A stretch of DNA of 64,000 nt, taken from the NCBI GenBank assembly GCA_963729895.1, contig CAVSQB010000010.1, positions 40,599-104,598 of the forward strand, written 5' to 3'. The DNA comes from an uncultured Fibrobacterota bacterium. Its GTDB lineage: Bacteria > Fibrobacterota > Chitinivibrionia > Chitinivibrionales > FEN-1185. Every line of letters starts with the position of its first letter. Position 1 is the stretch's first letter. Shown in pieces: positions 41,742 to 51,991 of the stretch. The position numbers and the translations under genes were made by a program. The notes under the pieces were generated by a model. It saw only the letters and a list, made by a program, of their open reading frames with translations. It was not told the DNA's origin and did not search any database.

Positions 41742-43050
41742 CCAGTAGTGTCCGGTTAAATTGACAACAAGAGAAGGGCTACCAACCTATTTTTATCGTT
41801 GAAGGTTTAGTTTTTGACGATTAAAAAGAGGAGGCAGCCCTTGAACAGAAGAAATACAATATTCAATCAGATAACGCAACTGTTGAATCGGAAGGGATTC
41901 TGGCGCATTGTTAATCGGTACGAAGGAGACAGGTACGTAAAGAGCATGACCTGCTGGCAGGAGATGCAGATTTTGCTCTTTTCGCTGGTAAAGGATTTGG
42001 TCAGCTTTCGGGATGTAGAAGCGTGTCTGAAGAGCAATGCGGATAAGTGGGAACATATTGGTCTTGCGAGTGTAGCCCGCAGTACACTGGCAGATGCACT
42101 CGCTCTCCGGCCATACAAGATGTTTGAAGATCTTTTCTATCAGTTTCTGGATAAATGCCAGCGATTGGCACCTCGTCATGACTTTCGGGTAAAGGTTCCG
42201 GTATTTACGCATGATTCAACCTTGATCAGCGTATGTCTGTCATCGTTTCCATGGGCACGGTATCGCAGGCGCAAAGGTGGATTGAAACTTCATATGCTTC
42301 TGGACCATGACGGTTACCTACCGTCGTTTATCCGGATGACGGACGGGAAAGTCCATGACATTCGGGTGGTGAAAGATGCCGAATATGATTTTCCTGCGCT
42401 TCCGCCGGACAGCATCCTCACCATTGATCGAGGCTACACAGATTTTGGCTGGCTTCATTCACTGCATACGACTGGTGTTACATTCGTGATCCTGGCAAAA
42501 TCCAACATGGCATATCATCTTGTCGGACAGCACAAAGAACCGAACGTAAGACGCGGAATTATCCGTGATCAGGAAGTCGAAATGTCGAATTTTTACGAAA
42601 GCAAGGCATATCCGGAGAAGCTGCGACTGATACAGTATTACAACAAGGAGTTAAACAAGAACCTGGTCTTTCTGACGAACAATTTCACGTTGTCGGCAAC
42701 GACAATTGCTGCACTGTACAAGGGAAGATGGGAGATAGAAACATTTTTCAAGTGGATCAAGCAGCACTTGAAGATAAAGACGTTCTACGGGACCAGCGAA
42801 AACGCGGTAATGACACAGGTGTGGATAGCCATGATCTTGTATCTCCTGTTGTCGTTTATAAAATTCCAAGCACGGTATGCCTTCACCATGCTGGAATTAC
42901 TGCGGGTTATCCGAGAAAGGCTGCTTGGTTTTGAAAGCTTGATTGAATTACTACGGGTCAATTACGAGCGGTTACGTTCTTTGCGCTCCGCTCCAGTGCA
43001 ATTATCATTCTATTAGCCATTGGTCAAGAGGTTTAGCCGGACAGGGCTGG
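41742..43050 (+). mobile_element. IS4-family insertion sequence
   Basis: IRs CCAGTAGTGTCCGGTTAAA / CCAGCCCTGTCCGGCTAAA; no target duplication seen. Confidence 0.88.
41841..43016 (+). CDS. IS4-family transposase
   Basis: HDST, IDRGY and YKGRWEIETFFKWIKQHL (YREK) motifs; TTG start behind GAGGAGG. Confidence 0.93.
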   Translation: MNRRNTIFNQITQLLNRKGFWRIVNRYEGDRYVKSMTCWQEMQILLFSLVKDLVSFRDVEACLKSNADKWEHIGLASVARSTLADALALRPYKMFEDLFYQFLDKCQRLAPRHDFRVKVPVFTHDSTLISVCLSSFPWARYRRRKGGLKLHMLLDHDGYLPSFIRMTDGKVHDIRVVKDAEYDFPALPPDSILTIDRGYTDFGWLHSLHTTGVTFVILAKSNMAYHLVGQHKEPNVRRGIIRDQEVEMSNFYESKAYPEKLRLIQYYNKELNKNLVFLTNNFTLSATTIAALYKGRWEIETFFKWIKQHLKIKTFYGTSENAVMTQVWIAMILYLLLSFIKFQARYAFTMLELLRVIRERLLGFESLIELLRVNYERLRSLRSAPVQLSFY

Positions 43051-43246
43051 ATTCTCCTTAAGGGTTAGCCCTTATGAGCATGTATCCGGCATACCGATTC
43101 TTTGTTTTTGACGTACGATGTCGCAGGCGATCCCATTCCTGCGATCCCGGCACAGGTGTAAAAATCAGTTCACGCGCTTTACCAAAGCAAGCAAAAGCGG
43201 CAACCGCCGAACGCAGCTTGCTAAAAACGACGGCGATAACGACTTT

Positions 43247-43657
43247 TCAAGGTGTTCCTTCTTTCCACTTGGAATCGGCGGACGATTCCTCAACTATTTT
43301 TGTTGCAGTTTTCTTGCCGTCAATTATTTGCCGCGTTACGGTCACATGAGCATCGGTCAGGATGTCGCCAAGAGTGGTTTCTTTTGACAACTCCATCATT
43401 CCGAGCATGATCCTGGCGCCGGATCCAACAGTCAGGGTGTCCAGGGCTGATCTTGTTTTCACGATTAGTACACGGGTCACGGCATCAACCGAAACGACTT
43501 TCCCACGAATCTTCATTTCACTGGCCTCTTGTTCGGCTTGTTCTTTGGCTTTCGTCACAATCTGTTCCTGTGCGGTTGATCCTTCCGCCTGCGCGAAAAG
43601 AAGGCTTGCGCAAGAAAGAACCATAACCAAGATGAGTAAAAACCGTCGGGTAACCAT
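43247..43657 (-). CDS. Small secreted hypothetical protein (OB-fold-like)
   Basis: AAAGGAG RBS; signal peptide; IRGKVVSVD...VTVT...ATKI. Confidence 0.7.
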   Translation of the reverse strand: MVTRRFLLILVMVLSCASLLFAQAEGSTAQEQIVTKAKEQAEQEASEMKIRGKVVSVDAVTRVLIVKTRSALDTLTVGSGARIMLGMMELSKETTLGDILTDAHVTVTRQIIDGKKTATKIVEESSADSKWKEGTP

Positions 43658-43743
43658 AGCATACTCTCCTTTCGGATGTTCAAGGCTTAACAATTTGTAG
43701 CCGCGTAAAGATTGGCTCATCGGTCGCGCGCTTGCACGCATCC

Positions 43744-45114
43744 TCACAGCAGCGGCGCCAGAAGGCGGGCAACCCCTTCCATGAACTCAACAAAGACATT
43801 TGCTTTTCTAATTCCTCTGGTAGATTGACCCATAAGATCGGTTACCCAATTCCCCAGCTCTTGTACCATGCTTTGGTCATTCATAAACAGCGCGACCTCG
43901 TAGTTAAGAAAAAAGCTTCGCACATCCATGTTCATTGAACCGATAACGCCCAGAGCATTATCGACAAGGATTACCTTGCCGTGCATCATGCCCGGGGAAA
44001 AATTGCAGATGGTCGCGCCGCTGTCCTGCATTTGCCGGAGATAGCTCCTCCGCACCACATCGGCGAGCGGATGGTTGGAGACCTGCGGCACCACAACCCG
44101 AACATCGACGCCGCGTTTGGCGGCGATGCACATCGCCTTGAGCAGCATTTCGTCCGGAACAAGATAGGGGGTGGCAATCCACACACGATGCTCGGCCTTG
44201 AAAATAGCGGTGACAATGTCATCGTGGAGCGGATCGCCAACGACATCAGGTCCGCTCGGTACCAACTGCAGGGCAATGGACGGGCCGTTGACGGTATGAG
44301 AAGGACCGTCTTCCTCGGCTGTCTCCTGCTTTGCGGCAAATCGCCAATCCGAACAGAAAACCTGACGCAAATCTGCAACCACCGGCCCGTTTACAATGAG
44401 GGACAGATCGTGCCAGCGTCGCGTGTTCCCGCCGGCGCCCATGTACTCCCGCGCGATATTCATGCCGCCGAGCATTGCGGTTCCGTTATCGACAATGACA
44501 ATTTTCCGATGATTACGCAAATTTGCGCGGCCCCGAAAGGGCAGATGCATCATCGGCATGAAAGAGGCGTGTTGGCCTCCGCTCGCAAGGAGAGGGGCAA
44601 GCATCTTTCTTGATACACGAATGGAGCCAAGCGCATCCAAAAGCAGGCGCACGCGAACACCCTGTTTGGCCCGCCGCGTGAGGGCCGCAACCACGGAGAC
44701 GCCGGTTTCATCGTTGCCCAAAATGAAGGTGGCGATATCGATGCTCTTCCCGGCGTGTTCGATCAGATCGAAGAGAGCGGCACATGCCTTTTCGCCTGTG
44801 GGAAGCAGCGAAACCTGGTTGCCGCTACGCACAGGAAAAATGCTGCCGACGCCATTCGTAACGGGCCGCTCCGCGGTATCTTTTGTGCCAACGGCCAGGC
44901 TTGGCTTGGTTCTCGTCATGCGCCTGACTTTACGTCCGCCAAAAAGGAGGTATGCCGGCACCCCAAGGTACGGAATCAGCAGAATTGCCAACAGCCAGGC
45001 CGTCGTGCTTGACGGAGATCGCTGTGTGCGGTTCTGGTGAACCAGCAGCGTCACGGCCAGGAAAAATCCGAGAATCGGCAGAATGTGAAATACTATCCAG
45101 TGAACCTTGATCAT
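43744..45114 (-). CDS. cls: Cardiolipin synthase (PLD family)
   Basis: Two HKD motifs, NHRKIVIVD and MHGKVILVD; N-terminal TM helices. Confidence 0.9.
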   Translation of the reverse strand: MIKVHWIVFHILPILGFFLAVTLLVHQNRTQRSPSSTTAWLLAILLIPYLGVPAYLLFGGRKVRRMTRTKPSLAVGTKDTAERPVTNGVGSIFPVRSGNQVSLLPTGEKACAALFDLIEHAGKSIDIATFILGNDETGVSVVAALTRRAKQGVRVRLLLDALGSIRVSRKMLAPLLASGGQHASFMPMMHLPFRGRANLRNHRKIVIVDNGTAMLGGMNIAREYMGAGGNTRRWHDLSLIVNGPVVADLRQVFCSDWRFAAKQETAEEDGPSHTVNGPSIALQLVPSGPDVVGDPLHDDIVTAIFKAEHRVWIATPYLVPDEMLLKAMCIAAKRGVDVRVVVPQVSNHPLADVVRRSYLRQMQDSGATICNFSPGMMHGKVILVDNALGVIGSMNMDVRSFFLNYEVALFMNDQSMVQELGNWVTDLMGQSTRGIRKANVFVEFMEGVARLLAPLL

Positions 45115-45115
45115 A

Positions 45116-45865
45116 CTATTGCAGTTCGCTTTCTGTAAACAGGACCGCGTGATCGGAAAGCCTCTTCCACGCTCCCCTATAGTACGTCGCGGATTTCTTT
45201 GCCGTCAGACCCCTGAGGTAAATTCGATCGAGCGGCAAAAAAGGAATGAACGCCGGAAAGGTGCGTGACCTCCTGCCGTTTGCCTCCCGGGCGGCGTCCT
45301 TCAGGCCCAAGAGCTGAGCGAAATCGTCGACGTCTTTCCCATGCCAGTCGTTAAAATCTCCTGCCATGATTATCGGCGCATCGCTCGGAATACACCGGTT
45401 GATGAAATCAGCCTGAATCCTGAGCTGCTTTCGGCGCGAAGCGGCAAAAAGCCCCAGATGAATGCACAAACAATGCAACGGATTCGTGCCGCCTGGAATG
45501 TGCACGGCGCAGTACAGAAAACCGCGTTGCTCAAAACTATTGGTTGAAGTGTCGATCTGTTCTGAATGAAGGATGGGGAACTTTGAAAGGATCGCATTGC
45601 CATGATGGCCGTGGGGATAGAATGCGTTCTTTCCGTATGCAAAATATTTCCACTCGGAATCGGCGAGGAATTCGTGTTGCGCCTGATCGGGCCAATCGGG
45701 CTGCTTTTCCGCCTGAGCGGAGTTCTTGCCAACCACCTCCTGTAAAAAAACCAAATCGGCTTCCATAAATCGGATTGCCTCGCGAAGCCTATGAAGGATA
45801 AGACGCCGGTTGCCCCAGGAGAACCCTTTGTGAATATTGATGGTTACGATGCGCAGTTTTTGCAT
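45116..45865 (-). CDS. Endonuclease/exonuclease/phosphatase family (YbhP-like)
   Basis: NIHKG, FLQEV, GNAILS, GDFNDW, LDRIY and LSDH motifs. Confidence 0.9.
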   Translation of the reverse strand: MQKLRIVTINIHKGFSWGNRRLILHRLREAIRFMEADLVFLQEVVGKNSAQAEKQPDWPDQAQHEFLADSEWKYFAYGKNAFYPHGHHGNAILSKFPILHSEQIDTSTNSFEQRGFLYCAVHIPGGTNPLHCLCIHLGLFAASRRKQLRIQADFINRCIPSDAPIIMAGDFNDWHGKDVDDFAQLLGLKDAAREANGRRSRTFPAFIPFLPLDRIYLRGLTAKKSATYYRGAWKRLSDHAVLFTESELQ

Positions 45866-45894
45866 GCAGGCTCATTTCATGGAAACTCCGGTCT

Positions 45895-46899
45895 TCAAAC
45901 CAACTTGACTATCATCTTTCCAACGTTTTTTCCTAGAAAAAGGCCGATGAATGCGTCCGTCGCTTTGTCGATCCCATTCACGACCGTTTCTATGTTTTTG
46001 ATTTTCCCGTCGCGAAAATAGCCGCCCACCTCTTTCTCAAATTCGCCTTGACGATCAATCCAATCGCGAACGATCATTCCTTTCATGCTCAAGCGTTTGC
46101 CGATCATGTAAAAAAGATTGGAAGGTCCGGGCCGCGGCTTTTCTTCATTGTAACCGGAGATGCCGCCACAGGCAATGATCCGGCCGTGCACCCGCAAAGC
46201 GGAAAGCGCAGCTTCCAGTGTTTCGCCTCCCACATTATCGAAATAGACATCGATGCCATCCGGCGCCGCCTCAGCAAGCTGCTTGACAACCGGACCGGCT
46301 TTGTAGTTAAAGGCTGCGTCGAATCCACATTCTTCCATTAGAAACTTAACCTTTTCGTCTGACCCGGCCGACCCGATAACCCGGCACCCGCGCAATTTTG
46401 CAAGTTGTCCGGCCATGCTGCCAACGGCTCCGGCGGCCCCCGAAATGTGAACAACATCTCCGGCCTTGACCTCCACCAAATTCAACCCAACCCACGCGGT
46501 CATGCCCGTCATGCCGAGCGCGCCAAGATGTACCGATAGCGGTTGAATCTTCGAATTTACCGCATTTAAGTCTTTCGGCAAAGCAATGAAGTACTCCCGC
46601 CACCCAAAGTTGGAGATAACAGCATCGCCTGGTTTGAACTCCTTGGCGCGCGACTCAACGACCTCCCCGACCGCGCCGCCATCGAGCGGTTTACCCAACT
46701 CAAATGGCGGTACATACGATTTTCCTTCGTTCATGCGACCTCGCATGTATGGGTCCACCGACATAAAGAGATTGCGAATGAGGATTTCTTGGCCTCGCAA
46801 CGGCTCCAGCTCCGTTCTGGCCAGGGCAAAATTACCTGCGGTTGGCAATCCGTACGGGCGGGAGACCAAACGAATTTCACGGCTTGTCATTTTGTCCAT
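45895..46899 (-). CDS. NADP-dependent oxidoreductase (PTGR/CurA-like MDR)
   Basis: SVDPYMRGRM, SGAAGAVG, YFDNVGG and GKNVGK motifs. Confidence 0.92.
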   Translation of the reverse strand: MDKMTSREIRLVSRPYGLPTAGNFALARTELEPLRGQEILIRNLFMSVDPYMRGRMNEGKSYVPPFELGKPLDGGAVGEVVESRAKEFKPGDAVISNFGWREYFIALPKDLNAVNSKIQPLSVHLGALGMTGMTAWVGLNLVEVKAGDVVHISGAAGAVGSMAGQLAKLRGCRVIGSAGSDEKVKFLMEECGFDAAFNYKAGPVVKQLAEAAPDGIDVYFDNVGGETLEAALSALRVHGRIIACGGISGYNEEKPRPGPSNLFYMIGKRLSMKGMIVRDWIDRQGEFEKEVGGYFRDGKIKNIETVVNGIDKATDAFIGLFLGKNVGKMIVKLV

Positions 46900-46953
46900 A
46901 AACAACTCCTTGTCGAGGGTGCAAAGCTAACGGCCTCGCGCTCAACTTTGCCG

Positions 46954-47817
46954 TCACAACTGTTTGCGGATGGCTTTCAATTCCCGGCGACGCTTTTTTG
47001 AGATCTCCGGATAGGTCATTGTAAGATCACCGAGCGCGTCAAGGACTATGCGGGAAACGATCAGCCGGGAATTCTCCTTGTCATCGGCGGGAACAATGTA
47101 CCAGGGCGCGTGATTTGCGTTTGTTGCGCTGAGGCAGGCCTCGTAGGCCTTCATATAATCCTTCCAGTACTTCCTCTCCGAAATGTCCGCCAGACTACAT
47201 TTCCAATTCTTGTCCGGCTCGTCAATGCGCTCCAGGAAACGCTTCCGTTGTTCGTCTTTCGATAGGTAAAGAAAAACCTTAATGATCTTGGTGCCGTTAC
47301 GGTGGAGATGGTGTTCAAGATGCGCGATGGATCGGTACCGCCCCTCCCAAATCGTCTTCTTGTCAAGAAATTCATCCGGCAGCCCCTGGCTCTTGAGAAT
47401 CTCCGGATGCACGCGAACGATAAGGACTTCCTCGTAGTACGAACGATTGAAAATGCCGATCCGCCCGCGCTGCGGCAGGCGGCACGTGGTGCGCCAGAGA
47501 AAATCGTGGCTCAATTCTTCGGCGCTCGGCTGCTTGAAACTGAAAACCTCGCAGCTCTGCGGATTGAGGCCCGACATCACGTGCTTGATCACGCCGTCTT
47601 TGCCCGCGGCGTCCATTGCTTGGAAAATCAGCAGAACCGAATAACGGCTGTAGGCGTAGAGCATGCTCTGCAGCGCGCTCATTTTCCTCACGTGCTCGAC
47701 GAGGATTTCCTGATAGTGTTCCTTGGATTTGTAGTAAGGCTTTACCCGCGTCCGCCACCTCTTGAGTCTAACCTTGGCTCCGGGCCGCACCCGGAAATCT
47801 TTTGAATTGATTTTCAT
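46954..47817 (-). CDS. ppk2: Polyphosphate kinase 2 family (class III-like)
   Basis: [21 protein letters not shown] and PWYIVPAD motifs. Confidence 0.92.
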   Translation of the reverse strand: MKINSKDFRVRPGAKVRLKRWRTRVKPYYKSKEHYQEILVEHVRKMSALQSMLYAYSRYSVLLIFQAMDAAGKDGVIKHVMSGLNPQSCEVFSFKQPSAEELSHDFLWRTTCRLPQRGRIGIFNRSYYEEVLIVRVHPEILKSQGLPDEFLDKKTIWEGRYRSIAHLEHHLHRNGTKIIKVFLYLSKDEQRKRFLERIDEPDKNWKCSLADISERKYWKDYMKAYEACLSATNANHAPWYIVPADDKENSRLIVSRIVLDALGDLTMTYPEISKKRRRELKAIRKQL

Positions 47818-47858
47818 TTTTATTCTTTCGGTTATGTCAGCTGCGCTGTTTGCCCGGC

Positions 47859-50651
47859 TTATTTTTGGGTTTCCGCTTCTGGAGGCTTTTGCTCCGCATC
47901 GTCCGCTTCCTGAACCGCGCGAACGTCGTCGCGCCCTAGTTGCTCGTAAAATTTATGGACTTTTTTGGCGAGCTGATCTGATACCTGGACCGCCGGCTTC
48001 GTGTTCGATTCCGGATTGTTTTCCGTTTGGGCATCAGGCTTCGGCTTGGCTTCGTCCTTGCGAATTTCCTTCTCCGCTTTTTCCCAGTCCTGGACGGCGT
48101 GGCCTTCGTGTCGGCCTTCCTGTTCGTATAGTTCATAGGCCCGTGCCACGATCTGCGGCGTCAAATCGGACGTTATTGACGAGATCGTGGACTTGATCGG
48201 ATCGAAAATCCGGTACGCGAGCAGTTTAAGACGGTCGCCCAAAAGCGCCCATACAATCGCATATCCCCACACGAATCCGGCCCAGCCCCACCCCAATGGA
48301 GGCATGAGGAAACCGTAGACCGTGATGAATGTCGCCAGTATCTGCGTGCCGAGCACTGCCATCCACAAAATCTTCGCGGGACGGATGGACCAGAACGGGC
48401 CGCGCGTGCGGGTGAGAAAAATAGTCAGATGTCCGGCCACGGACAGCATCAAATACATCATCGGCTGGAGATGCGGACGGTCGAGGTGAAAAACGCGGTC
48501 GCCAAGGTAAAACAGGCCGAATGCGGCAATGGGCCCGATAACACCCAACACCGTGGCGATTCCCAACACCATGCGCATGTTCCAGGACTCCGGCTTGTTC
48601 TTGTAATGCACGTTGTCGTATGCGATTGACAGAATAGCGCCATCGTTGAGCAGGGCCAACATCACGATCATTACCGCGGTCAACGGATAAAAGTTGAAGA
48701 ACAGGATCGCCGCCGTCATAAATAACAGCACGCGCAACGTTTCGGCGATGCGGTAAATTGCATAGCTGTTCATCCGCTGGAAGATCTTCCGGCTCTCTTT
48801 GATCGCGTCGATAATCACCGAAAGCCCGGGCGTCATAAGCACGATGGCCGAGGCGGCGCGCGCCGCGTCCGTCGCCCCGGAAACCGCGATACCGCAGTCC
48901 GCTTTCTTGAGCGCCGGAGCGTCATTCACCCCGTCGCCGGTCATGCCCACAATATGACCGCGTTTTTGCAGAACATCCACGATATGGAACTTATGCTCGG
49001 GAAATACCTGGGCGAAACCGTCGGCCTTCTCGATGGACTCCGCCATTTGAGAGGTTTCTTGACGTTTGACATCACCCAGGCCGGCTGCGTCGAGGATATT
49101 TCCACCCATGCCCAATTTCTTGGCGGTCTCCTGCGCAATTGCCAGCGCATCACCCGTGACCATCTTTACTTTCACGCCCATATTGTGCGCGGTTTCAATG
49201 GTTGCCCTGGCATCGTCCCGCGGCGGATCGAACAGGGGCAGCACGCCGAGAAACTGCCACTGGCCGTCGCCATCGGCCCGGGCCACGCCAAGCGATCGAA
49301 AGCCGCGTGCAGCAAATTCGCTCACCGCCTTTTCGACGGCTGGCTTGACTTGGGCGGCATTGGCGGACAAGGCCAGAATCACCTGCGGCGCGCCCTTTGT
49401 CCCTTTGGAGGTCTTTCCGTCTTTGGTTTTCACCGTGGCCTCGGTGCGTTTATGAACCGGGTCGAACGGCTGGAAATGAACCACTTCATAAGCCTTCAAC
49501 GCGTCTTTGTCCTTGACTCCTCCCAGGACAGCCAGGTCGATGGTGTCGTTGTTTTCGGAGCGGGACGCCAGCGCGCCGTTGAGGATAACTTGCTCCGCGG
49601 GAACATTGGTCACACTGAATGGATCGCCCAAGGTCAACTTGTTCTGTGTCAATGTTCCGGTCTTGTCAGAGCATAAAACGTCCACGCCCGCCAATTCCTC
49701 GATTGCGGTCAACCGGCTCACAATGGCCTTTTTCCTTGCAAGCAGGCGCGCGCCCACCGCCATGGTAACGGACAAAACCGTGGGCATCGCAACCGGAATC
49801 GCGGCTATGGTAAGCACCAGGGCGAATTGCAATGTGGTAAGTATCGGGTCGCCCCGGACAATTGCCACGGTGATAATAATCGCCACCAGGGCCACCGCAA
49901 GGATGATCAGGAAATTGCCGATTTTCAAGACTGCTTTTTGAAAATGGCTGACCGTTTTTGCCTCTTGAACCAACTGCGCGGTCTTGCTAAAATAGGTTTT
50001 CGCTCCCGTGGCATACACCATTGCACCGGCTTCACCTTGACGAATGATCGAACCTGAAAACACGGCGTCGCCGGCTTTGCGCTCGGCGGGCAACGACTCG
50101 CCTGTCAACGCGGACTGGTCCACCTCCACCGGGTCACCGTCAAGCAATCGCGCATCGGCCGGCACGATGTCGCCCAGGCGCAAACGTATAACGTCGCCCG
50201 GCACCAACTCGCGTACTGCCGGCGTGGTCCACTTCCCGTCGCGTTTTACCCGGGCCTTAACCGCCAGCTTCGACTTCAACGCGGCAATGGCGTTTCCCGC
50301 CTCACGCTCTTCCCAGAATCCCACCAGTGCATTCGCTACCAGCAAAATGAGAATAATGAAGAAATCCGGCCAATGCCGGACCACACCGGACAGAATCACC
50401 GCAGCTTCGATCATCCACGGAATCGGGCCCCAGAAATAGGAAAGAAATTTCAGCAGCGGGTTGGTCTTCTTTTCCTCGATTTCATTGGGTCCGTACTCCG
50501 CCAGCCGTTTCTGCGCTTCGGCCTGGGTGAGACCCTCCGGCGAAGATCCTAATCTCTTCTCCACATCCGGCAGGGGCAGGGATTTCAGATCGTCTTTGGA
50601 ATCGGGCTTTGGTTCGGGCTTATAACCGGCTGCCTTTTCTTCTATCTTCAT
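47859..50651 (-). CDS. P3A-type proton-efflux P-type ATPase with C-terminal DUF2934-like domain
   Basis: [34 protein letters not shown] and [11 protein letters not shown] motifs; tail [19 protein letters not shown]. Confidence 0.93.
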   Translation of the reverse strand: MKIEEKAAGYKPEPKPDSKDDLKSLPLPDVEKRLGSSPEGLTQAEAQKRLAEYGPNEIEEKKTNPLLKFLSYFWGPIPWMIEAAVILSGVVRHWPDFFIILILLVANALVGFWEEREAGNAIAALKSKLAVKARVKRDGKWTTPAVRELVPGDVIRLRLGDIVPADARLLDGDPVEVDQSALTGESLPAERKAGDAVFSGSIIRQGEAGAMVYATGAKTYFSKTAQLVQEAKTVSHFQKAVLKIGNFLIILAVALVAIIITVAIVRGDPILTTLQFALVLTIAAIPVAMPTVLSVTMAVGARLLARKKAIVSRLTAIEELAGVDVLCSDKTGTLTQNKLTLGDPFSVTNVPAEQVILNGALASRSENNDTIDLAVLGGVKDKDALKAYEVVHFQPFDPVHKRTEATVKTKDGKTSKGTKGAPQVILALSANAAQVKPAVEKAVSEFAARGFRSLGVARADGDGQWQFLGVLPLFDPPRDDARATIETAHNMGVKVKMVTGDALAIAQETAKKLGMGGNILDAAGLGDVKRQETSQMAESIEKADGFAQVFPEHKFHIVDVLQKRGHIVGMTGDGVNDAPALKKADCGIAVSGATDAARAASAIVLMTPGLSVIIDAIKESRKIFQRMNSYAIYRIAETLRVLLFMTAAILFFNFYPLTAVMIVMLALLNDGAILSIAYDNVHYKNKPESWNMRMVLGIATVLGVIGPIAAFGLFYLGDRVFHLDRPHLQPMMYLMLSVAGHLTIFLTRTRGPFWSIRPAKILWMAVLGTQILATFITVYGFLMPPLGWGWAGFVWGYAIVWALLGDRLKLLAYRIFDPIKSTISSITSDLTPQIVARAYELYEQEGRHEGHAVQDWEKAEKEIRKDEAKPKPDAQTENNPESNTKPAVQVSDQLAKKVHKFYEQLGRDDVRAVQEADDAEQKPPEAETQK

Positions 50652-50732
50652 TATGTTTCTCCTTTTCGTTCCGTAGCTAGCCGTTCACTTCAAAGATCGT
50701 GAACGCCCGACTATTTCCTAAATGCCTTGACA

Positions 50733-50976
50733 ATAACGACTTCTTTCCACTTGGAATCGGTGGACGATTCCTCAACCATTTTTGTTGCAGTTTTCTTGCC
50801 GTCAATTATTCGCCACGTTACGGTCGGTCAGGATGTCGCCAAGAGTAGTTTCTTTTGACAACTCCATCATTCCGAGCATGATCCTGGCGCCGGATTCAAC
50901 AGTCAGGGGTGTCCAGGGCTGATCTTGTTTTCACGATTAGTGTACGGGTCGGACATCCAACCGAAACCACTTTCCC
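50733..50976 (-). pseudogene. Degenerate duplicate of the 3' part of 43247-43657
   Basis: High nucleotide similarity to 43236-43504 with several indels. Confidence 0.85.
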
Positions 50977-51041
50977 TGGATACAATGACCATTTGGGCGA
51001 GCTTGGGTATCACCTTATCTCCGAGATTACTTTTTGCGGTG

Positions 51042-51986
51042 CTATTTTCCCTTTTGTTCGAGCCATTCCAGCATGGTGTGAATACTCCCCGTGGCAAGAG
51101 CAATGCAGGAGTCCGCTGCGCCATAATAGAGACGGAGGGTGTCTCCGTCCGGGGCAACGGTATAGCCGCACGGGAAAACGACATTGTCCACATCCCCTTG
51201 CCGCTCATAGGGTTCTTCCGGGCCGAATACCCACTCATCACCGCGCTTGAAGCACTTTTCCGGCGTGTGCAGATCAAACAAAGCAAGCCCGAGCCGATAA
51301 ATGCAACCCGCGCCGGTCATCCTGACTCCATGATAGATCACCAACCAGCCACGGGGAGTTTCTATGGGTGGCGGCGAGAGGCCGATCTTATTTGCATCCC
51401 ACCATGCCCCGCGCCGCGATTCGAGCATAAGCTTATGGCTCCCCCAGTGACGCAAATCGGAAGAATAGGAAATCCACACATGCGCTTCGGGGCCGCTTAC
51501 CGGGCGGTGAATGAGCGCCCAGTAGTCGCCGATCCGGTTTGGAAAGAGCGCCGCATCCTTGTCGTCCGGCGACATGATCTCCCCAAACCGCTCAAAGGTG
51601 TGAAAATCCTCGGTAAGCGCCAGAGCCACGCCCGGGCCGCCGTGCGTAAAAGCGGTATAGACAATTGCGAATTTCTTGAGCTCAGCGACATAGGTGATGC
51701 GCGGGTCTTCCACGCCCCACAGCTCTTCGGGGAAGTGTTCCGGATCGGGATACAGGGTCGGCGTTGGATCGATCTTCCAGTCATCCACGCCGTTTGCGGA
51801 CCTTGCTGCGCACAAATGTGAATGTCCGCGGCGGTCCTCAACACGGCACAAAAGCAGCGTGGTTCCATCCGCCAGCAATGTTGCGCCGGGGTTGAAAACG
51901 CTATGTACCGGATAGGGCCAGTCCGCGGCGGTGAGGATAGGGTTAAGTTTGTGCCTGCGAAAGAGTTCGGGGTGTTGGTTGTCCAT
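51042..51986 (-). CDS. GH130-like glycosidase/mannoside phosphorylase
   Basis: VFNPGA, GVEDPRIT, DKDAALFP, LIHRP, NVVFPCG and YYGAAD motifs. Confidence 0.9.
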   Translation of the reverse strand: MDNQHPELFRRHKLNPILTAADWPYPVHSVFNPGATLLADGTTLLLCRVEDRRGHSHLCAARSANGVDDWKIDPTPTLYPDPEHFPEELWGVEDPRITYVAELKKFAIVYTAFTHGGPGVALALTEDFHTFERFGEIMSPDDKDAALFPNRIGDYWALIHRPVSGPEAHVWISYSSDLRHWGSHKLMLESRRGAWWDANKIGLSPPPIETPRGWLVIYHGVRMTGAGCIYRLGLALFDLHTPEKCFKRGDEWVFGPEEPYERQGDVDNVVFPCGYTVAPDGDTLRLYYGAADSCIALATGSIHTMLEWLEQKGK

Positions 51987-51991
51987 AATGA

